From Candidatus Helarchaeota archaeon (GTDB lineage: Archaea > Asgardarchaeota > Lokiarchaeia > Helarchaeales > RDOG01): a stretch of 64,000 nucleotides of DNA. The notes under the pieces are model-generated. The model did not search any database. It was not told the DNA's origin and saw only the letters and a program-made list of their open reading frames with translations. The stretch covers positions 1,197,910 through 1,261,909 of the forward strand of contig JAHPZH010000002.1 of the NCBI GenBank assembly GCA_019058315.1, read 5' to 3'. Numbering within the stretch: the first letter of the stretch is position 1; every line of letters begins with the position of its first letter. The translations under genes and the position numbers were made by a program. Shown piece by piece: positions 1 through 9,730 of this stretch.

Positions 1-292
1 CTTTTTCAATTAATAATTTTGCAATTTCCGTATATCCTTTTCTTGCGGCTATCAGGAGTGGTGTATATTTTTTATATGGGCTCCCAAATGATTGTTCTTT
101 TGCTTCAATATCTACACCATATTCTAGTAATAGTTTAACAGATCGGAGATCATCATTAAAAATCGCACAATGCAATGGATTTTGCCCATGTTTATCAAAA
201 ATATCGTCTACTTTTAAGCCAGTTTTCAAAATCTCCTCAATTTGTTTGTATTTTCTACCTTTTATTGCTTTAAATATTTTATGGTCTTTCAT
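1..292 (-). CDS. Ankyrin-repeat protein (N-terminal part; runs off the window start; not in ORF track)
   Basis: Manual translation from ATG at 292: MKDHKIFKAIKGRKYKQIEEILKTGLKVDDIFDKHGQNPLHCAIFNDDLRSVKLLLEYGVDIEAKEQ...YTPLLIAARKGYTEIAKLLIEK. It matches the ankyrin consensus (G-TPLH-A...VKLLLE-GAD). Confidence 0.9.
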   Translation of the reverse strand, partial: MKDHKIFKAIKGRKYKQIEEILKTGLKVDDIFDKHGQNPLHCAIFNDDLRSVKLLLEYGVDIEAKEQSFGSPYKKYTPLLIAARKGYTEIAKLLIEK

Positions 293-475
293 TTTTAACC
301 CAAAGGACAATTTAATAATAAATCTGTTCTATTTCAATAAGAAGTTGGAGATTCTTTCACTTTTTTTTATCTTTTAGTAATTTCTTTAATAATTTTTTGA
401 TAAATACATATAATTTAATATTATATTACAGACTTAATAGATTACAATCATAAAGAATAAGGAGTGAGATAATTA

Positions 476-1135
476 ATGGATACAAAACTTAATAAAGAAA
501 TTACTAGAAAAATCGGTCCTCATGGTCGAGTAAGACTTTCTAAACCTCGAATTCCTCCTATGAGCGATGAGGAATATAATAAAAAGTTAGACAAGTTTGT
601 AGATGAATCCGTATGGACTAAAGAAGTACAATTTGTAGTAGACAAATTTAATTCATATAAGGGAATAATTATCAACGCTTTCAAGGCATTTATGGAGCAT
701 TCCGAATTCTATTTACGTAGTGCAATGTTAGGACATCATATTATATCTCAATCATCACTACCAGAGCGGGATCGGGAGATACTGATACTTCGAATAGGTT
801 GGTTATGTGGTGCAGAATATGTTTGGGCTCAGCATAAAATGATTGGTGCCATGAGTGGTCTTAGAATGAAGGAGATTCGACGTATTACAAAGGGGGCAGA
901 TGCTGAAGGTTGGGATCCATTCAATGCAACTTTAATCCGTGCAGTGGATGAATTTTATAGAGATTGTTTTATTAGTGAGACTACATGGAAGGCTCTTACA
1001 GAACATTATAATAAACAACAAATCATCGATTTAATTATCACTGTTGGATGGTATAACTCAATGTGTATGCTCCTTAATACGCTAGGAGTCCAGCTGGATG
1101 ACGGTTTTACGGGTTTTCCTAAGGAAAAAAAATAA
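476..1135 (+). CDS. Carboxymuconolactone decarboxylase / AhpD-like family protein
   Basis: LPERDREILILRIGWLCGAEYVWAQH motif; helical CMD fold; GGAGTGA RBS upstream. Confidence 0.85.
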   Translation: MDTKLNKEITRKIGPHGRVRLSKPRIPPMSDEEYNKKLDKFVDESVWTKEVQFVVDKFNSYKGIIINAFKAFMEHSEFYLRSAMLGHHIISQSSLPERDREILILRIGWLCGAEYVWAQHKMIGAMSGLRMKEIRRITKGADAEGWDPFNATLIRAVDEFYRDCFISETTWKALTEHYNKQQIIDLIITVGWYNSMCMLLNTLGVQLDDGFTGFPKEKK

Positions 1136-1256
1136 ATCTCAAAATATTTAATTATTCCTCTCTTAACCTTTCTTATTGTCCTCGAGATCCTTTTTATGAC
1201 TTTTTCATAAAGCAAGACATAACAAAAGTGGAAATTAATACTAAATTCGTTTTTTA

Positions 1257-1991
1257 TCAATATGTAGGAGGAGTTTCTTTTATTTTTTTCATTTTACTAG
1301 TTATTTTCTTAATAACTTTTTCATGAGATAAGACATAACCATATAATAATCCAAATGATTTTAAAGCTGCTTCGTGAATTTCGGGGGTCCATGCTGCACA
1401 ACAATCTTCCACAATAATGACTTGAAATCCATAATCAGAAGCTTCTCTTGCAGTCGAATGTACACAAAAGTTTGTTACTACTCCTGTTACAATAACTGTT
1501 TTAATCCCCATATTAATCAAGAAGCTATCAAGTCTTGTTGAGATGAATGTTCCACTTGTATTTTTTTGAAGCACTAAATCCTGATCTTTTGGTTTTAATT
1601 CATCAATAATATCCGAGCTGGGATGTGAGATAGGAGGAAATGTAACATCCCCAATAAGCTGTTTTGTATATTCATTGACGTCTCTAACCATTTTTGAAAG
1701 ATCACTTCCATTATTCATAAAACTAGCAAATTTCGTATAAATTACGGGAATATTAACTTCATGACAAAAATTAATCAAATTTTTTAGATTTGGTGTAACT
1801 AATTTTTCTACTCTATCTACAAAATAATCTAATATTCCTGGTGTAATGGTATTCATAGCTTTATAAGTAGTCCAATCTTTTCTTACTTGGTATTTTTGCA
1901 TATCAATAACTATTAAAGCTGTTTCTTCTGGTCTTATTTTTTCCATTAGGGATTTGCGAAATTTAATGAATTTATTGATTTTTTCTTCCAT
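1257..1991 (-). CDS. Cysteine hydrolase (isochorismatase family)
   Basis: ALIVIDMQ, QKNTSG and GVVTNFCVHSTAREA supply the Asp-Lys-Cys triad. Confidence 0.92.
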   Translation of the reverse strand: MEEKINKFIKFRKSLMEKIRPEETALIVIDMQKYQVRKDWTTYKAMNTITPGILDYFVDRVEKLVTPNLKNLINFCHEVNIPVIYTKFASFMNNGSDLSKMVRDVNEYTKQLIGDVTFPPISHPSSDIIDELKPKDQDLVLQKNTSGTFISTRLDSFLINMGIKTVIVTGVVTNFCVHSTAREASDYGFQVIIVEDCCAAWTPEIHEAALKSFGLLYGYVLSHEKVIKKITSKMKKIKETPPTY

Positions 1992-2088
1992 ATAATCACA
2001 ATCTTTTAAACTTGTTTAGAAATAATTAATCTAATATTTATCTAATTTGTTTATTATTTTTCTAAAAAGAATTAAAGGAAAATATGAG

Positions 2089-2427
2089 ATGAATAAAAAG
2101 GATAAATTAAAATACGATTTAGAAGAAGAAATTTCAAATAGTAAGAGATTACGAGTTTTTCGTCGTAAGGGGAAGGAATTAGTTGAAAAAGGACTAATGA
2201 GTCAAGAAGAGTATCAAAAAAAATTAAATAATATATTGGTAGAAGAAGCAGAACGAAGAAAAATCCTCGAAATTCTAAAGGAGGGGCAATCTACAATTAG
2301 TAAAATTTCAGATATTACAGGAATCAACTCTCAAAGAATAGTACAACATATTATTGCATTAATGAAAAATAGAAAAATAATAATCGTAGATGATAATGAG
2401 GAAGAATATATATATGGAATAACTTAA
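2089..2427 (+). CDS. Small winged-helix protein, resembling the C-terminal wHTH extension of some MvhD/FlpD proteins
   Basis: ERRKILEILKEGQSTISKISDITGINSQRIVQHIIALMKNRKI fits a wHTH pattern. ATG 2089 is preferred over TTG 2047. Confidence 0.6.
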   Translation: MNKKDKLKYDLEEEISNSKRLRVFRRKGKELVEKGLMSQEEYQKKLNNILVEEAERRKILEILKEGQSTISKISDITGINSQRIVQHIIALMKNRKIIIVDDNEEEYIYGIT

Positions 2428-2565
2428 AAATAAAAAAATTATTAATTTTTAAACAGTTTAAACTTAAAATCACTTATTATTGTCTTTAATATTACTTTTT
2501 GAATTAATATTTTATACCTAATTCGTATTATAAATTTACTAAATACAGTATTAGAGGGATTTCTT

Positions 2566-3765
2566 TTGTATTTGCTAAATTACCGAATCACACATCATTC
2601 AGCCAAAATTAACGAATTAGAATGCACCAGATTCAATGATTTTGATGGATTTTATGACGCTTTTTATAAAAACTCAAACATTATAGAAAGTCTAATATTA
2701 CAAACATGCAATAGAAACGAATTTTATTTCATTGTAAAGGACCTATCTAAAGCTATATACCAAATAGATCAAAAAATTCAATTGGCTGACAAGTTTGAAA
2801 AAGATTCTGGACTTTCAGTTTTAGAACATCTTTTCCAGGTTGCCGCAGGAATTGATTCTTTAGTTATTGGAGAAGATCAAATATTAAGTCAAATTAAAGA
2901 TTCTTTTAAAATTGCTCAAGAAAAGCAAGCAGTTGGTCCAGTTTTAAGCCACATTTTTCAAAAAGCAATGTCAATTGGCAAAAAGGTTCGTCATCAAACC
3001 GAAATAAATAAGGGTGCAGTTTCAATTGGTTCAATTGCGGTAGATTATTGTAAAAAAATCTTCGGAACAATTCAGAACCAAGTTATAACTGTCATTGGTG
3101 CGGGTAAAATTGCGACTTTAGTAGCTAAATCTTTATTGAGGCATAAAATAAAAGCTACATTTGTTTCTAATAGAACTTACTCAAGAGCTATTAGGTTAGC
3201 GAAAGAACTGGGTGGTCAAGCATTAAGGCTTGATGAGTTAAATAAAGCACTTAAAATATCAGATATTGTTATTCTTGCAACTTCAGCTCCACACCCAATA
3301 TTAACAAAAATTAGACTGAAAAACATAATGAAAACACGCAATGGAAAAGAATTAGTGATAATTGATATTTCTGTTCCCCGTAATATTGAAAATGGTCTTG
3401 AGATTAAAAATCTAAAAGTATACGATATTGATGAACTTAAATCACTTTCTGAAATAAATCGTCAAAAACGTTTACAAGCAATAAATGAAGCAAAAGAAAT
3501 TATTAAAAATACTCTTGAAATCGAAGAACGTTATTTTAGGCAACAATTTATAAAACCTCTCATTGCTTCAATATATAGCAACGCTGAAGAAATTCGGAAA
3601 AAAGAACTTGAGAAATTAATTAAAATATTAAAGAATCCAAGCTCAAACGATATTCAGAACCTTGATAATTTTTCTCGTGCATTAGTGAATAAAATTTTTG
3701 CAGATTTTTCATCATCAATTAAAACAGCAGCAGAAAGTTCGTTAATCTCTTCATTCATTATATAA
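2566..3765 (+). CDS. hemA: Glutamyl-tRNA reductase
   Basis: LQTCNRNE catalytic Cys, GIDSLVIGEDQILSQ, VIGAGKIA NADPH site, DISVPRNI. Confidence 0.96.
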   Translation: MYLLNYRITHHSAKINELECTRFNDFDGFYDAFYKNSNIIESLILQTCNRNEFYFIVKDLSKAIYQIDQKIQLADKFEKDSGLSVLEHLFQVAAGIDSLVIGEDQILSQIKDSFKIAQEKQAVGPVLSHIFQKAMSIGKKVRHQTEINKGAVSIGSIAVDYCKKIFGTIQNQVITVIGAGKIATLVAKSLLRHKIKATFVSNRTYSRAIRLAKELGGQALRLDELNKALKISDIVILATSAPHPILTKIRLKNIMKTRNGKELVIIDISVPRNIENGLEIKNLKVYDIDELKSLSEINRQKRLQAINEAKEIIKNTLEIEERYFRQQFIKPLIASIYSNAEEIRKKELEKLIKILKNPSSNDIQNLDNFSRALVNKIFADFSSSIKTAAESSLISSFII

Positions 3766-3788
3766 CTCAAAATAGTGAATTCTTTTCT

Positions 3789-4208
3789 TTAACGCTTAAT
3801 TTCTTGAAAAATCCTTGTAACTTCATCTTTTAAAATCTCGATAAATTCCAAATTTAATCTTTGATCCTTATGTTTTTTATAAAAATCATCAATTTTTTGA
3901 AGAATTAAACCCTTATATATTTCAATTTCAATTGTAATATCCCATGTTGTACTGGCTAAAGTTTCTGTAATTAGAACTAATCTACTTATTATGTCTTTAT
4001 AACTTGAAGCGTGTTCTTCTCGAATTGTATTTATCAAATTTTCAATTTTTAAATTCGCTCTAGGTCTTGTTCCTGCCATATCTTCTTCAATTAATCGTCT
4101 AATTACTACTGATAGAGGTTCTCCGTATTTATTTTTTGCAAATTTTTGCCATCGTTCCCTTTCTTTTTCGTCTTTCATTTTCATTGTAAATAAAACTGGC
4201 TTTTTCAA
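3789..4208 (-). CDS. Ribbon-helix-helix (CopG-like) DNA-binding protein with helical C-terminus
   Basis: The N-terminal VLFTMKM strand followed by KERERWQKFAK and PLSVVIRRLIEEDM helices fits RHH. Confidence 0.55.
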   Translation of the reverse strand: MKKPVLFTMKMKDEKERERWQKFAKNKYGEPLSVVIRRLIEEDMAGTRPRANLKIENLINTIREEHASSYKDIISRLVLITETLASTTWDITIEIEIYKGLILQKIDDFYKKHKDQRLNLEFIEILKDEVTRIFQEIKR

Positions 4209-4353
4209 TTAAATACGCCTGAATTTTAAAGTTATATGTAATAAAATTTTAAAATATTTTAATTTATTCAAAATCCTCTATATCTATTAGAATTTAATTC
4301 TAATTAATAAAAGAATAAATAAGATAAAAAAAGTAAAAAAAATAAAAGAGCTA

Positions 4354-4851
4354 TTATTTGATTTCTATTTTAGGTTTAATTGGTGTAGCGCCGCCCATAT
4401 TTGTTATTATTGGACAGTGAGAAAGGACTTTCTCCATCATTTCTTCGACCTTTTCTTTTGGTGCATCTGCCTTGATTCTTATTATAGGTTCAAGTTTATC
4501 ATATCCTGGAAGCATATTTTCGTCAATACCAAAAATAGCCCCAAGATTTATATGTCCTCTAGAGTAGACAGTCAATTTTTCGATTTTAATATCCATAATT
4601 TTCGCCCAAAATTTAGTCACCGCGACTATACATGCACCAACAGCTGTGAGAATTATTAACAATGGGGAAGGTCCTTCATTAGTTCCGTCCAATCCTGGAG
4701 GAGCATCAATTAATACTTTAAAGGGCTTTGCTCCCATTGTACATTCCACTTGCATACCCTCAGGTAGCATTTCACAGACGACATTGAAATTTTTTTCACC
4801 ATTATTAATGTCTGCCTTAATAGCATCATATGTTTCTTTAAAACCTGGCAT
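4354..4851 (-). CDS. OsmC/Ohr-family protein
   Basis: GTNEGPSPLLIILTAVGAC ... VLSHCPI two-Cys pattern; ATG 4851 has a GTGA RBS. Confidence 0.88.
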   Translation of the reverse strand: MPGFKETYDAIKADINNGEKNFNVVCEMLPEGMQVECTMGAKPFKVLIDAPPGLDGTNEGPSPLLIILTAVGACIVAVTKFWAKIMDIKIEKLTVYSRGHINLGAIFGIDENMLPGYDKLEPIIRIKADAPKEKVEEMMEKVLSHCPIITNMGGATPIKPKIEIK

Positions 4852-5109
4852 TTTAATCACTGAAATTTTTTTTATTGAGATAAGAAACATTGATGTAAAT
4901 TATTTAAAAAGATTACATTTTGAAACTATTATATAACTTTTTATTTATATTTTCAAATAAAAATTAAAATTAAGTTTTAAGTTCGAACCGTTTTAATTAA
5001 TTTTTATTTTGAATAAAATGTGGAAAAATTTAGGGGTAAGAGATATAAATTAAATTATTTTATATTATTGAAAATTATTTAGCAAATTGAGAGTATATGA
5101 GGATTAAAT

Positions 5110-6234
5110 ATGGTAAAAAATTGGAGACTGCTTGATCTTGGTGATATAGACTCACTGGATAGCCAAACTGTTTATGAAGCTGTAGCTATCGCTCGAAGCA
5201 AAGATTTAATTCCAGATACAATAATTTTTTGTAGCCCAAATTCACCAATTGTCTGTATAGGGTACCATCAAGAATTAGAAAAAGAAGTCAATTTAAAATA
5301 TTGCTTAAAAAATAATATTCCTGTCGTTCGCAGAATTCTAGGAGGTGGAGCTGTTTATCTAGATTCAAATCAACTTTTTTATCAGATTATTGTAAGTGAA
5401 AAAAATAAACAAATTCCAATAGGTATTAACAATTTATTTTTAACTTTATTAAAAGCTCCAATTCAAACTTACAATGATATTGGAATTCCTGCAGTTTTTA
5501 AGCCAATTAATGACATCGAAGTTCAGTCTAAAAAAATAAGTGGAAATGGGGCAGGTAAATTAGAAAATGTAAGTATTTTGACCGGAAATTTGATATTAGA
5601 TTTTAATTTTGATGAAATGGTTAAAATATTAAATGTCCCCAATGAAAAATTTAGAGATAAATTAGCTCAAAGTCTTAAAGAGAGATTAACAACTATAAAA
5701 AATGAAATTAAAACGATCCCAACTAAAAAAGTATTAAAAAAATCACTTAAAACTAATTTTGAAAAGAAGTTAGATATTATACTAGAGCCTGGAGAACTAA
5801 CGGATACAGAAAAACAATATATGAGAAATTTAAGAGAAAAATATACTTCAGAAAAATGGTTATATGGTCCTAAACTTCGTCATGCAGGTTTATTAGAAAA
5901 TTTCAATAAATTTACAAAAATTGAAAGAACAGTAAAAATTTCAAGCTCTGTGTACTTAGGTGAGGCGGTTTATAAATCTTCAGGCGGATTAATAAGAGTT
6001 ACCTTAGAAATTGAAAATGATTTCATTAAAGATATTCTAATATCTGGAGATTTTTGGTTATTTCCTACTTCAAAATTGTTTGATTTAGAGAAAGAATTAA
6101 TAGGAGTAAGAATTCGCAAAGAAGATCTAAAAGAGGTTTTAAATTCATTTTTCAAGCAAAATAAAATTCAATCTCCTGGAACAACAGTTGAGGACTTTGT
6201 TAAAACAATAATAATGGTTAAAGAAAACATATAA
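5110..6234 (+). CDS. lplA: Lipoate-protein ligase A (catalytic plus C-terminal domain)
   Basis: VVRRILGGGAVYLD, PINDI, KKISGNG; C-terminal KSSGGLIRV...ISGDF domain. Confidence 0.93.
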   Translation: MVKNWRLLDLGDIDSLDSQTVYEAVAIARSKDLIPDTIIFCSPNSPIVCIGYHQELEKEVNLKYCLKNNIPVVRRILGGGAVYLDSNQLFYQIIVSEKNKQIPIGINNLFLTLLKAPIQTYNDIGIPAVFKPINDIEVQSKKISGNGAGKLENVSILTGNLILDFNFDEMVKILNVPNEKFRDKLAQSLKERLTTIKNEIKTIPTKKVLKKSLKTNFEKKLDIILEPGELTDTEKQYMRNLREKYTSEKWLYGPKLRHAGLLENFNKFTKIERTVKISSSVYLGEAVYKSSGGLIRVTLEIENDFIKDILISGDFWLFPTSKLFDLEKELIGVRIRKEDLKEVLNSFFKQNKIQSPGTTVEDFVKTIIMVKENI

Positions 6235-6400
6235 TCAAACTTTTCATGTAAAAAAATAAATTATATTTCTATTAGTTATTATTTTCTTTTTAATCAATGT
6301 CAGAATTCAATTCTTTAAAGGTTAATAAAATACCTCAATAAACATTTAAGTCATTAAAATAGTGGTTAAATAGTGGAAATTAGTTTTGAGTTGATTTTAT

Positions 6401-6802
6401 ATGAGTGGCTTCTATTATAAAGTGGCTGCAAGAATTATGATGGCAATTATGGCATATGCTACTGAAGAAATTGCCAATGTAGATTCAGATTTTCAAAATT
6501 TGATCAAAAATGAAAATCTAATTGTTCAATGGGCGGTAAATAAAGATGGACCTGCTTCTTATTTCCAAATTGAAAATGGTAAATTTAATGCTATTCGTGA
6601 TCAAAGGCATCCTAAACCAGATATTACGATTTTAATCAAGGATGGAAAAACTGCAATAAAAGTCTTAAGAGGGTCTCCTGAAATTTTACAGGAACAAGTA
6701 GATGCAGGTAATGTAACAGTGAACGGAGATGAAGAAAAAATTGAACAATTAAAACCTATTTTAAACATTATACAAGAATATTTAAAGGATTTGAGGGAAT
6801 AA
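6401..6802 (+). CDS. SCP2 sterol/lipid-binding domain protein
   Basis: PKPDITILI...AGNVTVNGD SCP2 signature. Confidence 0.8.
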   Translation: MSGFYYKVAARIMMAIMAYATEEIANVDSDFQNLIKNENLIVQWAVNKDGPASYFQIENGKFNAIRDQRHPKPDITILIKDGKTAIKVLRGSPEILQEQVDAGNVTVNGDEEKIEQLKPILNIIQEYLKDLRE

Positions 6803-6803
6803 T

Positions 6804-7208
6804 ATGAGCGAAATATCAAAAAAAGATTTAATACAAGTGAAAACTTTATTATATTCCACTATTGTTTCTCTCGAGATCATTTCAGAAGAAGACGAAATGG
6901 TTCAAGGAGAATTCGGGGACATAGAAGCGGTTATACAATGGAAAATCGGAGATGTGGCTGCAGGATATATGGAAGTAAAGGATTCCAAAGTTAAAGCTCA
7001 TATGGATAAAGTTCACCCTGATCCTACAGTAATTATTACATTCACAGATCCTATAACTGCAAGAACTATTTTAAATGGCAGAGCTGATGCAACAAAGATG
7101 TTCATGAAAGGAAAATTATTAGTTGAAGGAGATACTAAAAAAGCAATGAAACTTTTGTCAGTAAATGAGCTTGTTGAAGATTACATTATGATTTTAACAA
7201 AAAAATAA
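6804..7208 (+). CDS. SCP2 sterol/lipid-binding domain protein
   Basis: PDPTVIITF...ADATKMFMKGKLLVEGDTKKAMKL, a classic SCP2 C-terminus; starts 1 nt after the previous stop. Confidence 0.88.
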   Translation: MSEISKKDLIQVKTLLYSTIVSLEIISEEDEMVQGEFGDIEAVIQWKIGDVAAGYMEVKDSKVKAHMDKVHPDPTVIITFTDPITARTILNGRADATKMFMKGKLLVEGDTKKAMKLLSVNELVEDYIMILTKK

Positions 7209-7229
7209 ATTAATTTTAAGAAATAGGTT

Positions 7230-7973
7230 TTAAGGCACGTTATAATAGGGTGCTTTTTTCATAAATCCAAGAACCATAATTGAAAAACCTGCCAACCAAA
7301 TTATCATAGCTGGCCAAGTCGCATCTGTATAAATTCCAGCTAGTCTAGTGCCCATTTGCCCGAGAAATGAGTGAATAAAATGTGCTATTAGAATTGTTGC
7401 CATACCCAAGCCAATTAGTAGAGGGTATATGTTTGGAAGTCTCTTATGGTAATGACAAAAGAAAAACGTAACAACGAACAAAAGATACATTGGTAGACCG
7501 ATAATGACTAGTAATATGTCCATTAACACGATATTAATAAATGCTGCTATAAGAATTGCAATTTCAGTGAAAACAATCCACCCTAAAACACTGAAAAAAA
7601 TCCCTTTTTTATGGGTTGGAAACCAAACAGCAAGTAGTATTGCAAAATTTAAACCATAAACTACCGTATTCAAATTTAAATCTATTAAATACGCAATTTG
7701 TCCGATAGGACTTTCAATTGACACAGCAGGATAAAATGCTACAAAAAATAATTCAATTGGCGTATAAACACACATTATAATCAATACGAGGGCAAAAATA
7801 AATGGCAAATCGGTATAATATTTTACTTTACCTTTAAACCATTGTCGAAGAAGTATAATTGCACCTATTGGATATAATATTAACCTTCCTATCAATAATA
7901 AAGTTACGAGAAATTGTCCAGTGCTTATCATGAAATCCCACATTTGAATTTTAATGGATCTTTTCAATTTCAA
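7230..7973 (-). CDS. Uncharacterised 7-TM membrane protein
   Basis: Seven hydrophobic segments by eye; no soluble domain. The true start may be ATG 7943. Confidence 0.75.
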   Translation of the reverse strand: MKLKRSIKIQMWDFMISTGQFLVTLLLIGRLILYPIGAIILLRQWFKGKVKYYTDLPFIFALVLIIMCVYTPIELFFVAFYPAVSIESPIGQIAYLIDLNLNTVVYGLNFAILLAVWFPTHKKGIFFSVLGWIVFTEIAILIAAFINIVLMDILLVIIGLPMYLLFVVTFFFCHYHKRLPNIYPLLIGLGMATILIAHFIHSFLGQMGTRLAGIYTDATWPAMIIWLAGFSIMVLGFMKKAPYYNVP

Positions 7974-8245
7974 TATTTAAAGTAATCAAATTAACGAAAA
8001 ATAAAATTAATATATACCAATTTCATTTTAGAATTTTAATAATATTAGCGTAATAGTAAAAATATCTTGGAATTTATAATAAAAAAATGATAAAAATATT
8101 AATCTATGATTCTAAAATCTAAAAATTCGAAATAATTGATGAATATGGAAATTAAAAAAAACAAGTATATACTAATCTAAAAATTTAAATTTGTATCTTT
8201 TATCGTATAGATAAGTTAAACTAATACCAATAAGATGAGAAAAAA

Positions 8246-9562
8246 ATGTCAAGAGAAATTAAAATTGAACCAGTTACCCGTTTGGAAGGTCACGGAAACG
8301 TTACACTTAAACTCGGACCTGGTGATAAAGTTGAAGACGTTCAATTTAATATCACATCAACAAGATTCTTTGAAAAATTCTTAGAAGGCCGACCCGCTGA
8401 ACATGCTCCTCGAATTGTTCCTCGAATTTGTGGTATTTGTCCAATTCCACACCATCTTTCGAGTGTAAAGGCAGTAGAAGCAGCATGGGGTATCACTCCT
8501 CCAAGACCTGCGGATAAATTAAGAGAACTCGAGATCAATGGTAAACAACTTTCAAGTCACGTTCTTCATATAGCTGCATTACAACTACCAGACTTACTTG
8601 CAGGACCGTTAGCTCCTCCCGAAAAAAGAAATGTCGTTGCTGTTATCAATGCTCTACCAGATATAGGAAAGGCAGTTTTAAGAGCAATGAGATATGGTCA
8701 AGATATTTGCGCAATTGTGGGAGGAAAATCAGTTCATCCTGTAACTGGAATTCCTGGAGGTATGACAAAGCCTTTAGCAGAAGATGACAGACAAAAACTA
8801 TTAAAGCAACTCCCAGAGATTGTAGAGATCGGTAAAACCTTAGTTGAGGTTGGAAGCAAACTTGTTAACGACTATATGCTGGTTATAAAGAATTTTGCAG
8901 TCACCCCAACATATTATATCGGAACTGTTAAACCTGATGGTGGTTTAACTATTTGGGACGGAAACATTCGCATAATGGACAAGGAAGGAAAGATTGCAGC
9001 AGAATTTCCAGCGAAAGATTATTTAAATTATTTTGGAGAATATGTTGCTCCTCATTCTATGGCTACACACATGTATCTTAAACAGGCGGGATATCCTGAA
9101 GGAATTTGGCGAGCTAATACTTTAGCACGAGTTAATGTGGCAGATAAAATGCAAACTCCATGGGCACAAGAGCTTTTTGAAGCTTTTAGAAGTACAGTTG
9201 GGCGACCTTGTCATATGACATTTGCTTATATCTGGGCAAGACTTATTGAGACTATCCAAGCTGTGGAAAAGATAAAAACATTGTTGGAAGATCCTGAGAT
9301 TGTATCAACAGATGTAAAATTAGCAGATGTTGAACCGAAAGCTGGTAATGGTGTAGGACAAACAGAAGCTCCAAGAGGTAATCTAATACACAATTATTGG
9401 ACAGATGATAACGGAATTATAACTAAAGCAAACCTTGTAGTGGCAACAAACAATAACATTGGTGGCATTGAATTAACCATAAAAACTGCAGCAAAGCAAA
9501 TTTTCGAAGATAAAATTGTTGAGTCAATAGCTGACAAATTACCCGAACCAATGATTAAGTAA
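8246..9562 (+). CDS. vhuA: Group 3 [NiFe(Se)] hydrogenase large subunit, N-terminal part (VhuA/MvhA type)
   Basis: TRLEGHG, RFFEKFLEGR, L1 motif RICGICPIPH, EAPRGNLIHNY, ANLVVATNNN. It ends without the C-terminal DPCxxCxxH motif. Confidence 0.93.
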   Translation: MSREIKIEPVTRLEGHGNVTLKLGPGDKVEDVQFNITSTRFFEKFLEGRPAEHAPRIVPRICGICPIPHHLSSVKAVEAAWGITPPRPADKLRELEINGKQLSSHVLHIAALQLPDLLAGPLAPPEKRNVVAVINALPDIGKAVLRAMRYGQDICAIVGGKSVHPVTGIPGGMTKPLAEDDRQKLLKQLPEIVEIGKTLVEVGSKLVNDYMLVIKNFAVTPTYYIGTVKPDGGLTIWDGNIRIMDKEGKIAAEFPAKDYLNYFGEYVAPHSMATHMYLKQAGYPEGIWRANTLARVNVADKMQTPWAQELFEAFRSTVGRPCHMTFAYIWARLIETIQAVEKIKTLLEDPEIVSTDVKLADVEPKAGNGVGQTEAPRGNLIHNYWTDDNGIITKANLVVATNNNIGGIELTIKTAAKQIFEDKIVESIADKLPEPMIK

Positions 9563-9574
9563 AAGGTGTAAATC

Positions 9575-9730
9575 ATGAATGAAGAAGAATTAATGGAAAG
9601 AAAATTAAACTTAATCGAAATGGTCATCCGCAATTTCGATTGCTGACTTTCGTGCGCTGCACATTTGATCGTCAAAAATGAGAAGGATGAAATAATTTTC
9701 GAGAAAGAGATTGTAATTGGTTCTGGGTGA
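9575..9730 (+). CDS. vhuU: Selenocysteine-containing hydrogenase subunit VhuU (51 aa; TGA 9644-9646 = Sec)
   Basis: AGGTG RBS then MNEEELMERKLNLIEMVIRNFDC-U-LSCAAHLIVKNEKDEIIFEKEIVIGSG*. It supplies the L2 motif missing from vhuA, with TGA exactly at the first Ni-ligand position. Confidence 0.93.

Noticed and set aside
9644-9646. TGA as a nonsense mutation, making vhuA/vhuU a pseudogene
   Set aside because: The TGA is exactly at the Ni-ligand site, the downstream motif is intact, a SECIS-like structure follows and the maturation genes are intact.
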